Positions 38,362 through 50,807 of a DNA stretch of 64,000 nt are shown in pieces. Source of the DNA: Isurus oxyrinchus (taxonomy: Eukaryota); assembly GCA_026770705.1 (NCBI GenBank), contig JANJGN010000001.1, positions 39,866,001 through 39,930,000 on the forward strand. Reading direction: 5' to 3'. The notes beneath the pieces were generated by a model that saw only the letters and a list, made by a program, of their open reading frames with translations, made no database searches and had not been told where the DNA came from. The position numbers and the translations under genes were made by a program. How positions within the stretch are numbered: the first letter of the stretch is position 1; the number at the start of each line of letters is the position of its first letter.

Positions 38362-39911
38362 ACGCTCCTTTTGTTCTTATTCCTCTGCACTTTCATTCCT
38401 TTATATACTTCACTGCACTGCACACCCGCTCCCACCGGATCAATGTCTTCAGCGCTTTGCTCATGCAACTTTTCAGCATCTGCTTCATAACAGCCTTCCT
38501 TTTTCTTCCAGCTCACTTCAGCACTCCCGCTTCACACACTTGTCTTTAAACACAACGCTCCTCCTTTCATTTTGTCTTAAAGCCACTCTCTCATCATCAA
38601 CTTTCTCGACATTTCTACCTTCATCACCTTCTGCAAAATTAAAAGAACCTTCTCACAACTTGAGACTTGTTCACTTTTCACTCTGTTCAACCCAACTCAC
38701 TTCTAACCACGAATTGGTTCTCAGGCCCGATTACTCTGCACAGAATGCAATATCTGGCTGCGCACACAAACAACAACAACAACAACAAAGTGCTTTGAAA
38801 TGGCGCCTTTCATGTCGGAGAACAATCCGAAGCTCTTCACAGTGCTGTTTTCCAACAGAATTGGCAGGAGGCGGAGTGTCACTTTGCTTCTTTTCAGAGT
38901 CCGTTCAGAGTTTCACACCTCATTTACCTGAGGTGATGTTGGTAGGAAAGTGTAAGAGTCTTTGTAAATGTGTACGGTTTCCCCTTCATCAGCCACAGCT
39001 GCTGCAGTTTGAAGAGTCCCAGTTTCTCAAATCTTTCCAAAGAGCCAAAGTTCGTCATCCTGAGCTGAAGCTGGTTGACCTCTTCTTTCCCTCAGTCGGG
39101 AGCCTTGACGTCCTTCCCGAAGCTTGGTGAGCAGAACGACATTCAGGGTACGAGGGCGCAGGACGTGATAGCACGGTGCTAATGCTGTTGGGATCATGAT
39201 GCAGAGGCCTGGATAACTCAAATGCTGATGTGAGTTAAGATCCCAGCAAGGCTGCTAGTGGTTTAAAACAATCGTGTAAATGAACATGGGTTCCAAATGA
39301 CACTTGTTTGGTGGAGGATTGGGCTGAGACTTCCCTTTGTTTGAAGGCCAATTGTGCCCTTGACAGATTACTCAGGACACAATTAGGGGAAAAAATCTAG
39401 CAGGCAGGAAATCAGGAATGGCGCAAGGAGTATTCCTTTGGTCGGAAGGAGCTGGATTCCATCAAAAAGCTTGAAGTTACAACTTGGCCCGATGCTAGCA
39501 CAGTCAGGAGGTTGTAAAGAAATGTAGTGGCTTGAAGAAGCTGACATATTGCATGAAGTGCTAATGCAGTGGTGTGAAGTGAGAGTAAAAATACAGGCCG
39601 CAAATGATTTGAACAAGTTGTTAGCGTTTTTACATTGATGAGGTGAAGGCAGAGCTGCACTGGGAGGGGAATCAGATTGCATGAGAGGGGACTTGAGGCA
39701 CAGGGCAGGTGGCTTAGAAGAATGTTGAAAGCTTGAAATGTGGTTGTGAATGAAATGGGGGTATAGAGCGGCTTGAGAGATGTTTGTGGTGTTGTGGCTC
39801 AGGTATCAGTGAGAAAATTGGATGCAATTTCGGAATTGAAAAGACATTTGGAGGAACTGGGATTGGACACAAGTAACAGCATTTGAAAAAAGGCGAATGT
39901 GCTAAGCGATT

Positions 39912-39982
39912 GCATTGGTGGTTCAGTGGTAGAATTCTCGCCTGCCATTTAGGAGGCCTGGGTTAGATTCCTGGCCAATGCA
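39912..39982 (+). pseudogene. tRNA-Gly(GCC)-like slot A copy
   Basis: Same as 579-649. Confidence 0.85.
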
Positions 39983-40142
39983 ACGTTGGAGTTCCGTTGC
40001 TCTTTGAGTTCTTGCTGCACTCTTGCTTGCAATGTCACTGTGTCCTGTGCAGCCACTCAATGTCATTGACAGCTTGATTGGGACTCCAAATTGAAGCGTT
40101 TCAAGAAATGAGCTGCATCAAATTGCAGCTTTCCAGTCTGTG

Positions 40143-40213
40143 GCATTGGTGGTTCAGTGGTAGAATTCTCGCCTGCCACGCGGGAGGCCCGGGTTCGATT
40201 CCCGGCCAATGCA
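40143..40213 (+). tRNA. trnaG-GCC: tRNA-Gly(GCC), canonical (last canonical copy)
   Basis: Identical to 810-880. Confidence 0.98.
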
Positions 40214-41768
40214 AGGCTCCTTTTGTTCTTATTCCTCTGCACTTTCATTCCTTTATATACTTCACTGCACTGCACACCCGCTCCCACCGGATCAATGTCT
40301 TCAGCGCTTTGCTCATGCAACTTTTCAGCATCTGCTTCATAACAGCCTTCCTTTTTCTTCCAGCTCACTTCAGCACTCCCGCTTCACACACTTGTCTTTA
40401 AACACAACGCTCCTCCTTTCATTTTGTCTTAAAGCCACTCTCTCATCATCAACTTTCTCGACATTTCTACCTTCATCACCTTCTGCAAAATTAAAAGAAC
40501 CTTCTCACAACTTGAGACCTGTTCACTTTTCACTCTGTTCAACCCAACTCACTTCTAACCACGAATTGGTTCTCAGGCCCGATTACTCTGCACAGAATGC
40601 AATATCTGGCTGCGCACACAAACAACAACAACAACAACAACAACAAAGTGCTTTGAAATGGCGCCTTTCATGTCGGAGAACAATCCGAAGCTCTTCACAG
40701 TGCTGTTTTCCAACAGAATTGGCAGGAGGCGGAGTGTCACTTTGCTTCTTTTCAGAGTCCGTTCAGAGTTTCACACCTCATTTACCTGAGGTGATGTTGG
40801 TAGGAAAGTGTAAGAGTCTTTGTAAATGTGTACGGTTTGCCCTTAATCAGCCACAGCTGCTGCAGTTTGAAGAGTCCCAGTTTCTCAAATCTTTCCAAAG
40901 AGCCAAAGTTCGTCATCCTGAGCTGAAGCTGGTTGACCTCTTCTTTCCCTCAGTCAGGAGCCTTGACGTCCTTCCCGAAGCTTGGTGAGCAGAACGACAT
41001 TCAGGGTACGAGGGCGCAGGACGTGATAGCACGGTGCTAATGCTGTTGGGATCATGATGCAGAGGCCTGGATAACTCAAATGCTGATGTGAGTTAAGATC
41101 CCAGCAAGGCTGCTAGTGGTTTAAAACAATCGTGTAAATGAACATGGGTTCCAAATGACACTTGTTTGGTGGAGGATTGGGCTGAGACTTCCCTTTGTTT
41201 GAAGGCCAATTGTGCCCTTGACAGATTACTCAGGACACAATTAGGGGAAAAAATCTAGCAGGCAGGAAATCAGGAATGGCGCAAGGAGTATTCCTTTGGT
41301 CGGAAGGAGCTGGATTCCATCAAATAGCTTGAAGTTACAACTTGGCCCGATGCTAGCACAGTCAGGAGGTTGTAAAGAAATGTAGTGGCTTGAAGAAGCT
41401 GACATATTGCATGAAGTGCTAATGCAGTGGTGTGAAGTGAGAGTAAAAATACAGGCCGCAAATGATTTGAACAAGTTGTTAGCGTTTTTACATTGATGAG
41501 GTGAAGGCAGAGCTGCACTGGGGGGGAATCAGATTGCATGAGAGGGGACTTGAGGCACAGGGCAGGTGGCTTAGAAGAATGTTGAAAGCTTGAAATGTGG
41601 TTGTGAATGAAATGGGGGTATAGAGCGGCTTGAGATATGTTTGTGGTGTTGTGGCTCAGGTATCAGTGAGAAAATTGGATGCAATTTAGGAATTGAAAAG
41701 ACATTTGGAGGAACTGGGATTGGACACAAGTAACAGCATTTGAAAAAAGGCGAATGTGCTAAGCGATT

Positions 41769-41839
41769 GCATTGGTGGTTCAGTGGTAGAATTCTCGCCT
41801 GCCATTTAGGAGGCCTGGGTGAGATTCCTGGCCAATGCA
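41769..41839 (+). pseudogene. tRNA-Gly(GCC)-like slot A copy, GGTGAGA variant
   Basis: Slot A changes plus T55G. Confidence 0.85.
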
Positions 41840-41998
41840 ACGTTGGAGTTCCGTTGCTCTTTGAGTTCTTGCTGCACTCTTGCTTGCAATGTCACTGTGT
41901 CCTGTGCAGCCACTCAATGTCATTGACAGCTTGATTGGGACTCCAAATTGAAGCATTTCAAGAAATGAGCTGCGTCTGGTGTTGTTTTCCACTCTGTG

Positions 41999-42069
41999 GC
42001 ATTGGTGGCTCAGTGGTAGAATTCTCGCCTGCCATTTAGGAGGCCTGGGTTAGATTCCTGGCCAATGCA
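41999..42069 (+). pseudogene. Chimeric tRNA-Gly-like copy (module-type 5' part, slot A-type 3' part)
   Basis: GGCTCAG 5' part joined to CCATTTAGG...GGTTAGA. Confidence 0.82.
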
Positions 42070-42218
42070 ACGTTGGAGTTCCGTTGCTCTTTGAGTTCTT
42101 GCTTGCAATGTCACTGTGTCCTGTGCAGCCACTCAATGTCATTGACAGCTTGATTGGGACTCCAAATTGAAGCGTTTCAAGAAATGAGCTGCATCAAATT
42201 GCAGCTTTCCAGTCTGTG

Positions 42219-42289
42219 GCATTGGTGGTTCAGTGGTAGAATTCTCGCCTGCCACGCGGGAGGCCCGGGGTCGATTCCCGGCCAAAGCA
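42219..42289 (+). tRNA. trnaG-GCC: tRNA-Gly(GCC), T54G+T70A variant, probably defective
   Basis: GGGTCGA B box and CCAAAGC acceptor strand. Confidence 0.6.
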
Positions 42290-43847
42290 AGGCTCCTTTT
42301 GTTCTTATTCCTCTGCACTTTCATTCCTTTATATACTTCACTGCACTGCACACCCGCTCCCACCGGATCAATGTCTTCAGCGCTTTGCTCATGCAACTTT
42401 TCAGCATCTGCTTCATAACAGCCTTCCTTTTTCTTCCAGCTCACTTCAGCACTCCCGCTTCACACACTTGTCTTTAAACACAACGCTCCTCCTTTCATTT
42501 TGTCTTAAAGCCACTCTCTCATCATCAACTTTCTCGACATTTCTACCTTCATCACCTTCTGCAAAATTAAAAGAACCTTCTCACAACTTGAGACCTGTTC
42601 ACTTTTCACTCTGTTCAACCCAACTCACTTCTAACCACGAATTGGTTCTCAGGCCCGATTACTCTGCACAGAATGCAATATCTGGCTGCGCACACAAACA
42701 ACAACAACAACAACAACAACAACAAAGTGCTTTGAAATGGCGCCTTTCATGTCGGAGAACAATCCGAAGCTCTTCACAGTGCTGTTTTCCAACAGAATTG
42801 GCAGGAGGCGGAGTGTCACTTTGCTTCTTTTCAGAGTCCGTTCAGAGTTTCACACCTCATTTACCTGAGGTGATGTTGGTAGGAAAGTGTAAGAGTCTTT
42901 GTAAATGTGTAAGGTTTGCCCTTAATCAGCCACAGCTGCTGCAGTTTGAAGAGTCCCAGTTTCTCAAATCTTTCCAAAGAGCCAAAGTTCGTCATCCTGA
43001 GCTGAAGCTGGTTGACCTCTTCTTTCCCTCAGTCGGGAGCCTTGACGTCCTTCCCGAAGCTTGGTGAGCAGAACGACATTCAGGGTACGAGGGCGCAGGA
43101 CGTGATAGCACGGTGCTAATGCTGTTGGGATCATGATGCAGAGGCCTGGATAACTCAAATGCTGATGTGAGTTAAGATCCCAGCAAGGCTGCTAGTGGTT
43201 TAAAACAATCGTGTAAATGAACATGGGTTCCAAATGACACTTGTTTGGTGGAGGATTGGGCTGAGACTTCCCTTTGTTTGAAGGCCAATTGTGCCCTTGA
43301 CAGATTACTCAGGACACAATTAGGGGAAAAAATCTAGCAGGCAGGAAATCAGGAATGGCGCAAGGAGTATTCCTTTGGTCGGAAGGAGCTGGATTCCATC
43401 AAAAAGCTTGAAGTTACAACTTGGCCCGATGCTAGCACAGTCAGGAGGTTGTAAAGAAATGTAGTGGCTTGAAGAAGCTGACATATTGCATGAAGTGCTA
43501 ATGCAGTGGTGTGAAGTGAGAGTAAAAATACAGGCCGCAAATGATTTGAACAAGTTGTTAGCGTTTTTACATTGATGAGGTGAAGGCAGAGCTGCACTGG
43601 GGGGGAATCAGATTGCATGAGAGGGGACTTGAGGCACAGGGCAGGTGGCTTAGAAGAATGTTGAAAGCTTGAAATGTGGTTGTGAATGAAATGGGGGTAT
43701 AGAGCGGCTTGAGAGATGTTTGTGGTGTTGTGGCTCAGGTATCAGTGAGAAAATTGGATGCAATTTCGGAATTGAAAAGACATTTGGAGGAACTGGGATT
43801 GGACACAAGTAACAGCATTTGAAAAAAGGCGAATGTGCTAAGCGATT

Positions 43848-43918
43848 GCATTGGTGGTTCAGTGGTAGAATTCTCGCCTGCCATTTAGGAGGCCTGGGTG
43901 AGATTCCTGGCCAATGCA
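43848..43918 (+). pseudogene. tRNA-Gly(GCC)-like slot A copy, GGTGAGA variant
   Basis: Slot A changes plus T55G. Confidence 0.85.
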
Positions 43919-44077
43919 ACGTTGGAGTTCCGTTGCTCTTTGAGTTTTTGCTGCACTCTTGCTTGCAATGTCACTGTGTCCTGTGCAGCCACTCAATGTC
44001 ATTGACAGCTTGATTGGGACTCCAAATTGAAGCATTTCAAGAAATGAGCTGCATCTGGTGTTGCTTTCCACTCTGTG

Positions 44078-44148
44078 GCATTGGTGGCTCAGTGGTAGAA
44101 TTCTCGCCCGCCATGCGGGAGGCCTGGGTTCGATTGCTGGCCAATGCA
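44078..44148 (+). pseudogene. tRNA-Gly(GCC)-like copy in a 219-bp module
   Basis: T11C, T33C, C38T, C50T, C61G, C63T. Confidence 0.8.
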
Positions 44149-44296
44149 AGGTCCAAGTTCCGTTGCTCTTTGAGTTCTTGCGTGCAATGTCACTGTGTCC
44201 TGTGCAGCCACTCAATGTCATTGACAGCTTGATTGGGACTCCAAATTGAAGCATTTCAAGAAATGAGCTGCATCTGGTGTTGTTTTCCACTCTGTG

Positions 44297-44367
44297 GCAC
44301 TGCTGGCTCAGTGGTAGAATTCTCGCCTGCTACGTGGGAGGCCTGGGTTCGATTCATGGCCAATGCA
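44297..44367 (+). pseudogene. Gly-derived tRNA-like copy with GCT anticodon
   Basis: Same as 38072-38142. Confidence 0.85.
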
Positions 44368-44515
44368 ACGTTGGAGTTCCGTTGCTCTTTGAGTTCTTGC
44401 TTGCAATGTCACTGTGTCCTGTACAGCCACTCAATGTCATTGACAGCTTGATTGGGGCTCCAAATTGAAGCGTTTCAAGAAATGAGCTGCATCTGGTGTT
44501 ACTTTCCAGTCTGTG

Positions 44516-44586
44516 GCATTGGTGGTTCAGTGGTAGAATTCTCGCCCGCCATGCGGGAGGCCTTGGTTCGATTCCTGGCCAATGCA
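44516..44586 (+). pseudogene. tRNA-Gly(GCC)-like copy in a 219-bp module
   Basis: T33C, C38T, C50T, G51T, C63T. Confidence 0.78.
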
Positions 44587-44735
44587 ACGTCCGAGTTCCG
44601 TTGCTCTTTGAGTTCTTGCTTGCAATGTCACTGTGTCCTGTGCAGCCACTCAATGTCATTGACAGCTTGATTGGGACTCCAAATTGAAGCATTTCAAGAA
44701 ATGAGCTGCATCAAATTGTAATATTCCAGTCTGTG

Positions 44736-44806
44736 GCATTGGTGGTTCAGTGGTAGAATTCTCGCCTGCCACGCGGGAGGCCTGGGTTCGATTCCCGGCC
44801 AATGCA
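44736..44806 (+). tRNA. trnaG-GCC: tRNA-Gly(GCC), C50T variant
   Basis: One wobble change. Confidence 0.92.
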
Positions 44807-46359
44807 AGGCTCCTTTTGTTCTTATTCCTCTGCACTTTCATTCCATTATACACTTCACTGCACTGCACACCCGCTCCCACCGGATCAATGTCTTCAGCGC
44901 TTTGCTCATGCAACTTTTCAGCATCTGCTTCATAACAGCCTTCCTTTTTCTTTCAGCTCACTTCAGCACTCCCGCTTCACACACTTGTCTTTAAACACAA
45001 CGCTCCTCCTTTCATTTTCTCTTAAAGCCACTCTCTCATCATCAACTTTCACGACATTTCTACCTTCATCACCTTCTGCAAAATTAAAAGAACCTTCTCA
45101 CAACTTGAGACCTGTTCACTTTTCACTCTGTTCAACCCAACTCACTTCTAACCACGAATTGGTTCTCAGGCCCGATTACTCTGCACAGAATGCAATATCT
45201 GGCTGCGCACACAAACAACAACAACAACAACAACAAAGTGCTTTGAAATGGCGCCTTTCATGTCGGAGAACAATCCGAAGCTCTTCACAGTGCTGTTTTC
45301 CAACAGAATTGGCAGGAGGCGGAGTGTCACTTTGCTTCTTTTCAGAGTCCGTTCAGAGTTTCACAACTCATTTACCTGAGGTGATGTTGGTAGGAAAGTG
45401 TAAGAGTCTTTGTAAATGTGTAAGGTTTCCCCTTAATCAGCCACAGCTGCTGCAGTTTGAAGAGTCCCAGTTTCTCAAATCTTTCCAAAGAGCCAAAGTT
45501 CGTCATCCTGAGCTGAAGCTGGTTGACCTCTTCTTTCCCTCAGTCGGGAGCCTTGACGTCCTTCCCGAAGCTTGGTGAGCAGAACGACATTCAGGGTACG
45601 AGGGCGCGGGACGTGATAGCACGGTGCTAATGCTGTTGGGATCATGATGCAGAGGCCTGGATAACTCAAATGCTGATGTGAGTTAAGATCCCAGCAAGGC
45701 TGCTAGTGGTTTAAAACAATCGTGTAAATGAACATGGGTTCCAAATGACACTTGTTTGGTGGAGGATTGGGCTGAGACTTCCCTTTGTTTGAAGGCCAAT
45801 TGTGCCCTTGACAGATTACTCAGGACACAATTAGGGGAAAAAATCTAGCAGGCAGGAAACCAGGAATGGCGCAAGGAGTATTCCTTTGGTCGGAAGGAGC
45901 TGGATTCCATCAAAAAGCTTCAAGTTACAACTTGGCCCGATGCTAGCACAGTCAGGAGGTTGTAAAGAAATGTAGTGGCTTGAAGAAGCTGACATATTGC
46001 ATGAAGTGCTAATGCAGTGGTGTGAAGTGAGAGTAAAAATACAGGCCGCAAATGATTTGAACAAGTTGTTAGCGTTTTTACATTGATGAGGTGAAGGCAG
46101 AGCTGCACTGGGGGGGGAATCAGATTGCATGAGAGGGGACTTGAGGCACAGGGCAGGTGGCTTAGAAGAATGTTGAAAGCTTGAAATGTGGTTGTGAATG
46201 AAATGGGGGTATAGAGCGGCTTGAGAGATGTTTGTGGTGTTGTGGCTCAGGTATCAGTGAGAAAATTGGATGCAATTTAGGAATTGAAAAGACATTTGGA
46301 GGAACTGGGATTGGACACAAGTAACAGCATTTGAAAAAAGGCGAATGTGCTAAGCGATT

Positions 46360-46430
46360 GCATTGGTGGTTCAGTGGTAGAATTCTCGCCTGCCATTTAG
46401 GAGGCCTGGGTTAGATTCCTGGCCAATGCA
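46360..46430 (+). pseudogene. tRNA-Gly(GCC)-like slot A copy
   Basis: Same as 579-649. Confidence 0.85.
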
Positions 46431-46590
46431 ACGTTGGAGTTCCGTTGCTCTTTGAGTTCTTGCTGCACTCTTGCTTGCAATGTCACTGTGTCCTGTGCAG
46501 CCACTCAATGTCATTGACAGCTTGATTGGGACTCCAAATTGAAGCATTTCAAGAAATGAGCTGCATCAAATTGCAGCTTTCCAGTCTGTG

Positions 46591-46661
46591 GCATTGGTGG
46601 TTCAGTGGTAGAATTTTCGCCTGCCACGCGGGAGGCCTGGGTTCGATTCCCGGCCAATGCA
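46591..46661 (+). tRNA. trnaG-GCC: tRNA-Gly(GCC), C27T+C50T variant with internal TTTT
   Basis: Same as 35997-36067. Confidence 0.8.
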
Positions 46662-48216
46662 AGGCTCCTTTTGTTCTTATTCCTCTGCACTTTCATTCCT
46701 TTATATACTTCACTGCACTGCACACCCGCTCCCACCGGATCAATGTCTTCAGCGCTTTGCTCATGCAACTTTTCAGCATCTGCTTCATAACAGCCTTCCT
46801 TTTTCTTCCAGCTCACTTCAGCACTCCCGCTTCACACACTTGTCTTTAAACACAACGCTCCTCCTTTCATTTTGTCTTAAAGCCACTCTCTCATCATCAA
46901 CTTTCTCGACATTTCTACCTTCATCACCTTCTGCAAAATTAAAAGAACCTTCTCACAACTTGAGACCTGTTCACTTTTCACTCTGTTCAACCCAACTCAC
47001 TTCTAACCACGAATTGGTTCTCAGGCCCGATTACTCTGCACAGAATGCAATATCTGGCTGCGCACACAAACAACAACAACAACAACAACAACAAAGTGCT
47101 TTGAAATGGCGCCTTTCATGTCAGAGAACAATCCGAAGCTCTTCACAGTGCTGTTTTCCAACAGAATTGGCAGGAGGCGGACTGTCACTTTGCTTCTTTT
47201 CAGAGTCCGTTCAGAGTTTCACACCTCATTTACCTGAGGTGATGTTGGTAGGAAAGTGTAAGAGTCTTTGTAAATGTGTAAGGTTTGCCCTTAATCAGCC
47301 ACAGCTGCTGCAGTTTGAAGAGTCCCAGTTTCTCAAATCTTTCCAAAGAGCCAAAGTTCGTCATCCTGAGCTGAAGCTGGTTGACCTCTTCTTTCCCTCA
47401 GTCGGGAGCCTTGACGTCCTTCCCGAAGCTTGGTGAGCAGAACGACATTCAGGGTACGAGGGCGCAGGACGTGATAGCACGGTGCTAATGCTGTTGGGAT
47501 CATGATGCAGAGGCCTGGATAACTCAAATGCTGATGTGAGTTAAGATCCCAGCAAGGCTGCTAGTGGTTTAAAACAATCGTGTAAATGAACATGGGTTCC
47601 AAATGACACTTGTTTGGTGGAGGATTGGGCTGAGACTTCCCTTTGTTTGAAGGCCAATTGTGCCCTTGACAGATTACTCAGGACACAATTAGGGGAAAAA
47701 ATCTAGCAGGCAGGAAATCAGGAATGGCGCAAGGAGTATTCCTTTGGTCGGAAGGAGCTGGATTCCATCAAAAAGCTTGAAGTTACAACTTGGCCCGATG
47801 CTAGCACAGTCAGGAGGTTGTAAAGAAATGTAGTGGCTTGAAGAAGCTGACATATTGCATGAAGTGCTAATGCAGTGGTGTGAAGTGAGAGTAAAAATAC
47901 AGGCCGCAAATGATTTGAACAAGTTGTTAGCGTTTTTACATTGATGAGGTGAAGGCAGAGCTGCACTGGGGGGGAATCAGATTGCATGAGAGGGGACTTG
48001 AGGCACAGGGCAGGTGGCTTAGAAGAATGTTGAAAGCTTGAAATGTGGTTGTGAATGAAATGGGGGTATAGAGCGGCTTGAGAGATGTTTGTGGTGTTGT
48101 GGCTCAGGTATCAGTGAGAAAATTGGATGCAATTTAGGAATTGAAAAGACATTTGGAGGAACTGGGATTGGACACAAGTAACAGCATTTGAAAAAAGGCG
48201 AATGTGCTAAGCGATT

Positions 48217-48287
48217 GCATTGGTGGTTCAGTGGTAGAATTCTCGCCTGCCATTTAGGAGGCCTGGGTGAGATTCCTGGCCAATGCA
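48217..48287 (+). pseudogene. tRNA-Gly(GCC)-like slot A copy, GGTGAGA variant
   Basis: Slot A changes plus T55G. Confidence 0.85.
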
Positions 48288-48446
48288 ACGTTGGAGTTCC
48301 GTTGCTCTTTGAGTTTTTGCTGCACTCTTGCTTGCAATGTCACTGTGTCCTGTGCAGCCACTCAATGTCATTGACAGCTTGATTTGGACTCCAAATTGAA
48401 GCATTTCAAGAAATGAGCTGCGTCTGGTGTTGCTTTCCACTCTGTG

Positions 48447-48517
48447 GCATTGGTGGCTCAGTGGTAGAATTCTCGCCTGCCATGCGGGAGGCCTGGGTTC
48501 GATTCCTGGCCAATGCC
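48447..48517 (+). pseudogene. tRNA-Gly(GCC)-like copy in a 219-bp module
   Basis: Same as 37853-37923. Confidence 0.75.
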
Positions 48518-48665
48518 AGGTCCAAGTTCCGTTGCTCTTTGAGTTCTTGTTTGCAATGTCACTGTGTCCTGTGCGGCCACTCAATGTCATTGACAGCTTG
48601 ATTGGGACTCCAAATTGAAGCATTTCAAGAAATGAGCTGCATCTGGTTTTGTTTTCCACTCTGTG

Positions 48666-48736
48666 GCACTGCTGGCTCAGTGGTAGAATTCTCGCCTGCT
48701 ACGTGGGAGGCCTGGGTTCGATTCATGGCCAATGCA
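48666..48736 (+). pseudogene. Gly-derived tRNA-like copy with GCT anticodon
   Basis: Same as 38072-38142. Confidence 0.85.
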
Positions 48737-48884
48737 ACGTTGGAGTTCCGTTGCTCTTTGAGTTCTTGCTTGCAATGTCACTGTGTCCTGTACAGCCACT
48801 CAATGTCATTGACAGCTTGATTGGGACTCCAAATTGAAGCATTTCAAGAAATGAGCTGCGTCTGGTGTTGTTTTCCACTCTGTG

Positions 48885-48955
48885 GCACTGCTGGCTCAGT
48901 GGTAGAATTCTCGCCTGCCATGCGGGAGTCCTGGGTTCGATTCCCGGCCAATGCA
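48885..48955 (+). pseudogene. Degenerate tRNA-Gly(GCC) occupying slot B
   Basis: GCACTGC 5' strand, T11C, C38T, AGTC variable loop, C50T. Confidence 0.8.
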
Positions 48956-50505
48956 ACGCTCCTTTTGTTCTTATTCCTCTGCACTTTCATTCCTTTATAT
49001 ACTTCACTGCACTGCACACCCGCTCCCACCGGATCAATGTCTTCAGCGCTTTGCTCATGCAACTTTTCAGCATCTGCTTCATAACAGCCTTCCTTTTTCT
49101 TCCAGCTCACTTCAGCACTCCCGCTTCACACACTTGTCTTTAAACACAACGCTCCTCCTTTCATTTTGTCTTAAAGCCACTCTCTCATCATCAACTTTCT
49201 CGACATTTCTACCTTCATCACCTTCTGCAAAATTAAAAGAACCTTCTCACAACTTGAGACCTGTTCACTTTTCACTCTGTTCAACCCAACTCACTTCTAA
49301 CCACGAATTGGTTCTCAGGCCCGATTACTCTGCACAGAATGCAATATCTGGCTGCGCACACAAACAACAACAACAACAACAAAGTGCTTTGAAATGGCGC
49401 CTTTCATGTCGGAGAACAATCCGAAGCTCTTCACAGTGCTGTTTTCCAACAGAATTGGCAGGAGGCGGAGTGTCACTTTGCTTCTTTTCAGAGTCCGTTC
49501 AGAGTTTCACACCTCATTTACCTGAGGTGATGTTGGTAGGAAAGTGTAAGAGTCTTTGTAAATGTGTACGGTTTCCCCTTCATCAGCCACAGCTGCTGCA
49601 GTTTGAAGAGTCCCAGTTTCTCAAATCTTTCCAAAGAGCCAAAGTTCGTCATCCTGAGCTGAAGCTGGTTGACCTCTTCTTTCCCTCAGTCGGGAGCCTT
49701 GACGTCCTTCCCGAAGCTTGGTGAGCAGAACGACATTCAGGGTACGAGGGCGCAGGACGTGATAGCACGGTGCTAATGCTGTTGGGATCATGATGCAGAG
49801 GCCTGGATAACTCAAATGCTGATGTGAGTTAAGATCCCAGCAAGGCTGCTAGTGGTTTAAAACAATCGTGTAAATGAACATGGGTTCCAAATGACACTTG
49901 TTTGGTGGAGGATTGGGCTGAGACTTCCCTTTGTTTGAAGGCCAATTGTGCCCTTGACAGATTACTCAGGACACAATTAGGGGAAAAAATCTAGCAGGCA
50001 GGAAATCAGGAATGGCGCAAGGAGTATTCCTTTGGTCGGAAGGAGCTGGATTCCATCAAAAAGCTTGAAGTTACAACTTGGCCCGATGCTAGCACAGTCA
50101 GGAGGTTGTAAAGAAATGTAGTGGCTTGAAGAAGCTGACATATTGCATGAAGTGCTAATGCAGTGGTGTGAAGTGAGAGTAAAAATACAGGCCGCAAATG
50201 ATTTGAACAAGTTGTTAGCGTTTTTACATTGATGAGGTGAAGGCAGAGCTGCACTGGGAGGGGAATCAGATTGCATGAGAGGGGACTTGAGGCACAGGGC
50301 AGGTGGCTTAGAAGAATGTTGAAAGCTTGAAATGTGGTTGTGAATGAAATGGGGGTATAGAGCGGCTTGAGAGATGTTTGTGGTGTTGTGGCTCAGGTAT
50401 CAGTGAGAAAATTGGATGCAATTTAGGAATTGAAAAGACATTTGGAGGAACTGGGATTGGACACAAGTAACAGCATTTGAAAAAAGGCGAATGTGCTAAG
50501 CGATT

Positions 50506-50576
50506 GCATTGGTGGTTCAGTGGTAGAATTCTCGCCTGCCATTTAGGAGGCCTGGGTTAGATTCCTGGCCAATGCA
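50506..50576 (+). pseudogene. tRNA-Gly(GCC)-like slot A copy
   Basis: Same as 579-649. Confidence 0.85.
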
Positions 50577-50736
50577 ACGTTGGAGTTCCGTTGCTCTTTG
50601 AGTTCTTGCTGCACTCTTGCTTGCAATGTCACTGTGTCCTGTGCAGCCACTCAATGTCATTGACAGCTTGATTGGGGCTCCAAATTGAAGCGTTTCAAGA
50701 AATGAGCTGCATCAAATTGCAGCTTTCCAGTCTGTG

Positions 50737-50807
50737 GCATTGGTGGTTCAGTGGTAGAATTCTCGCCTGCCACGCGGGAGGCCCGGGTTCGATTCCCAGC
50801 CAATGCA
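50737..50807 (+). tRNA. trnaG-GCC: tRNA-Gly(GCC), G64A variant
   Basis: CCCAG gives a C50:A64 mismatch. Confidence 0.85.
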
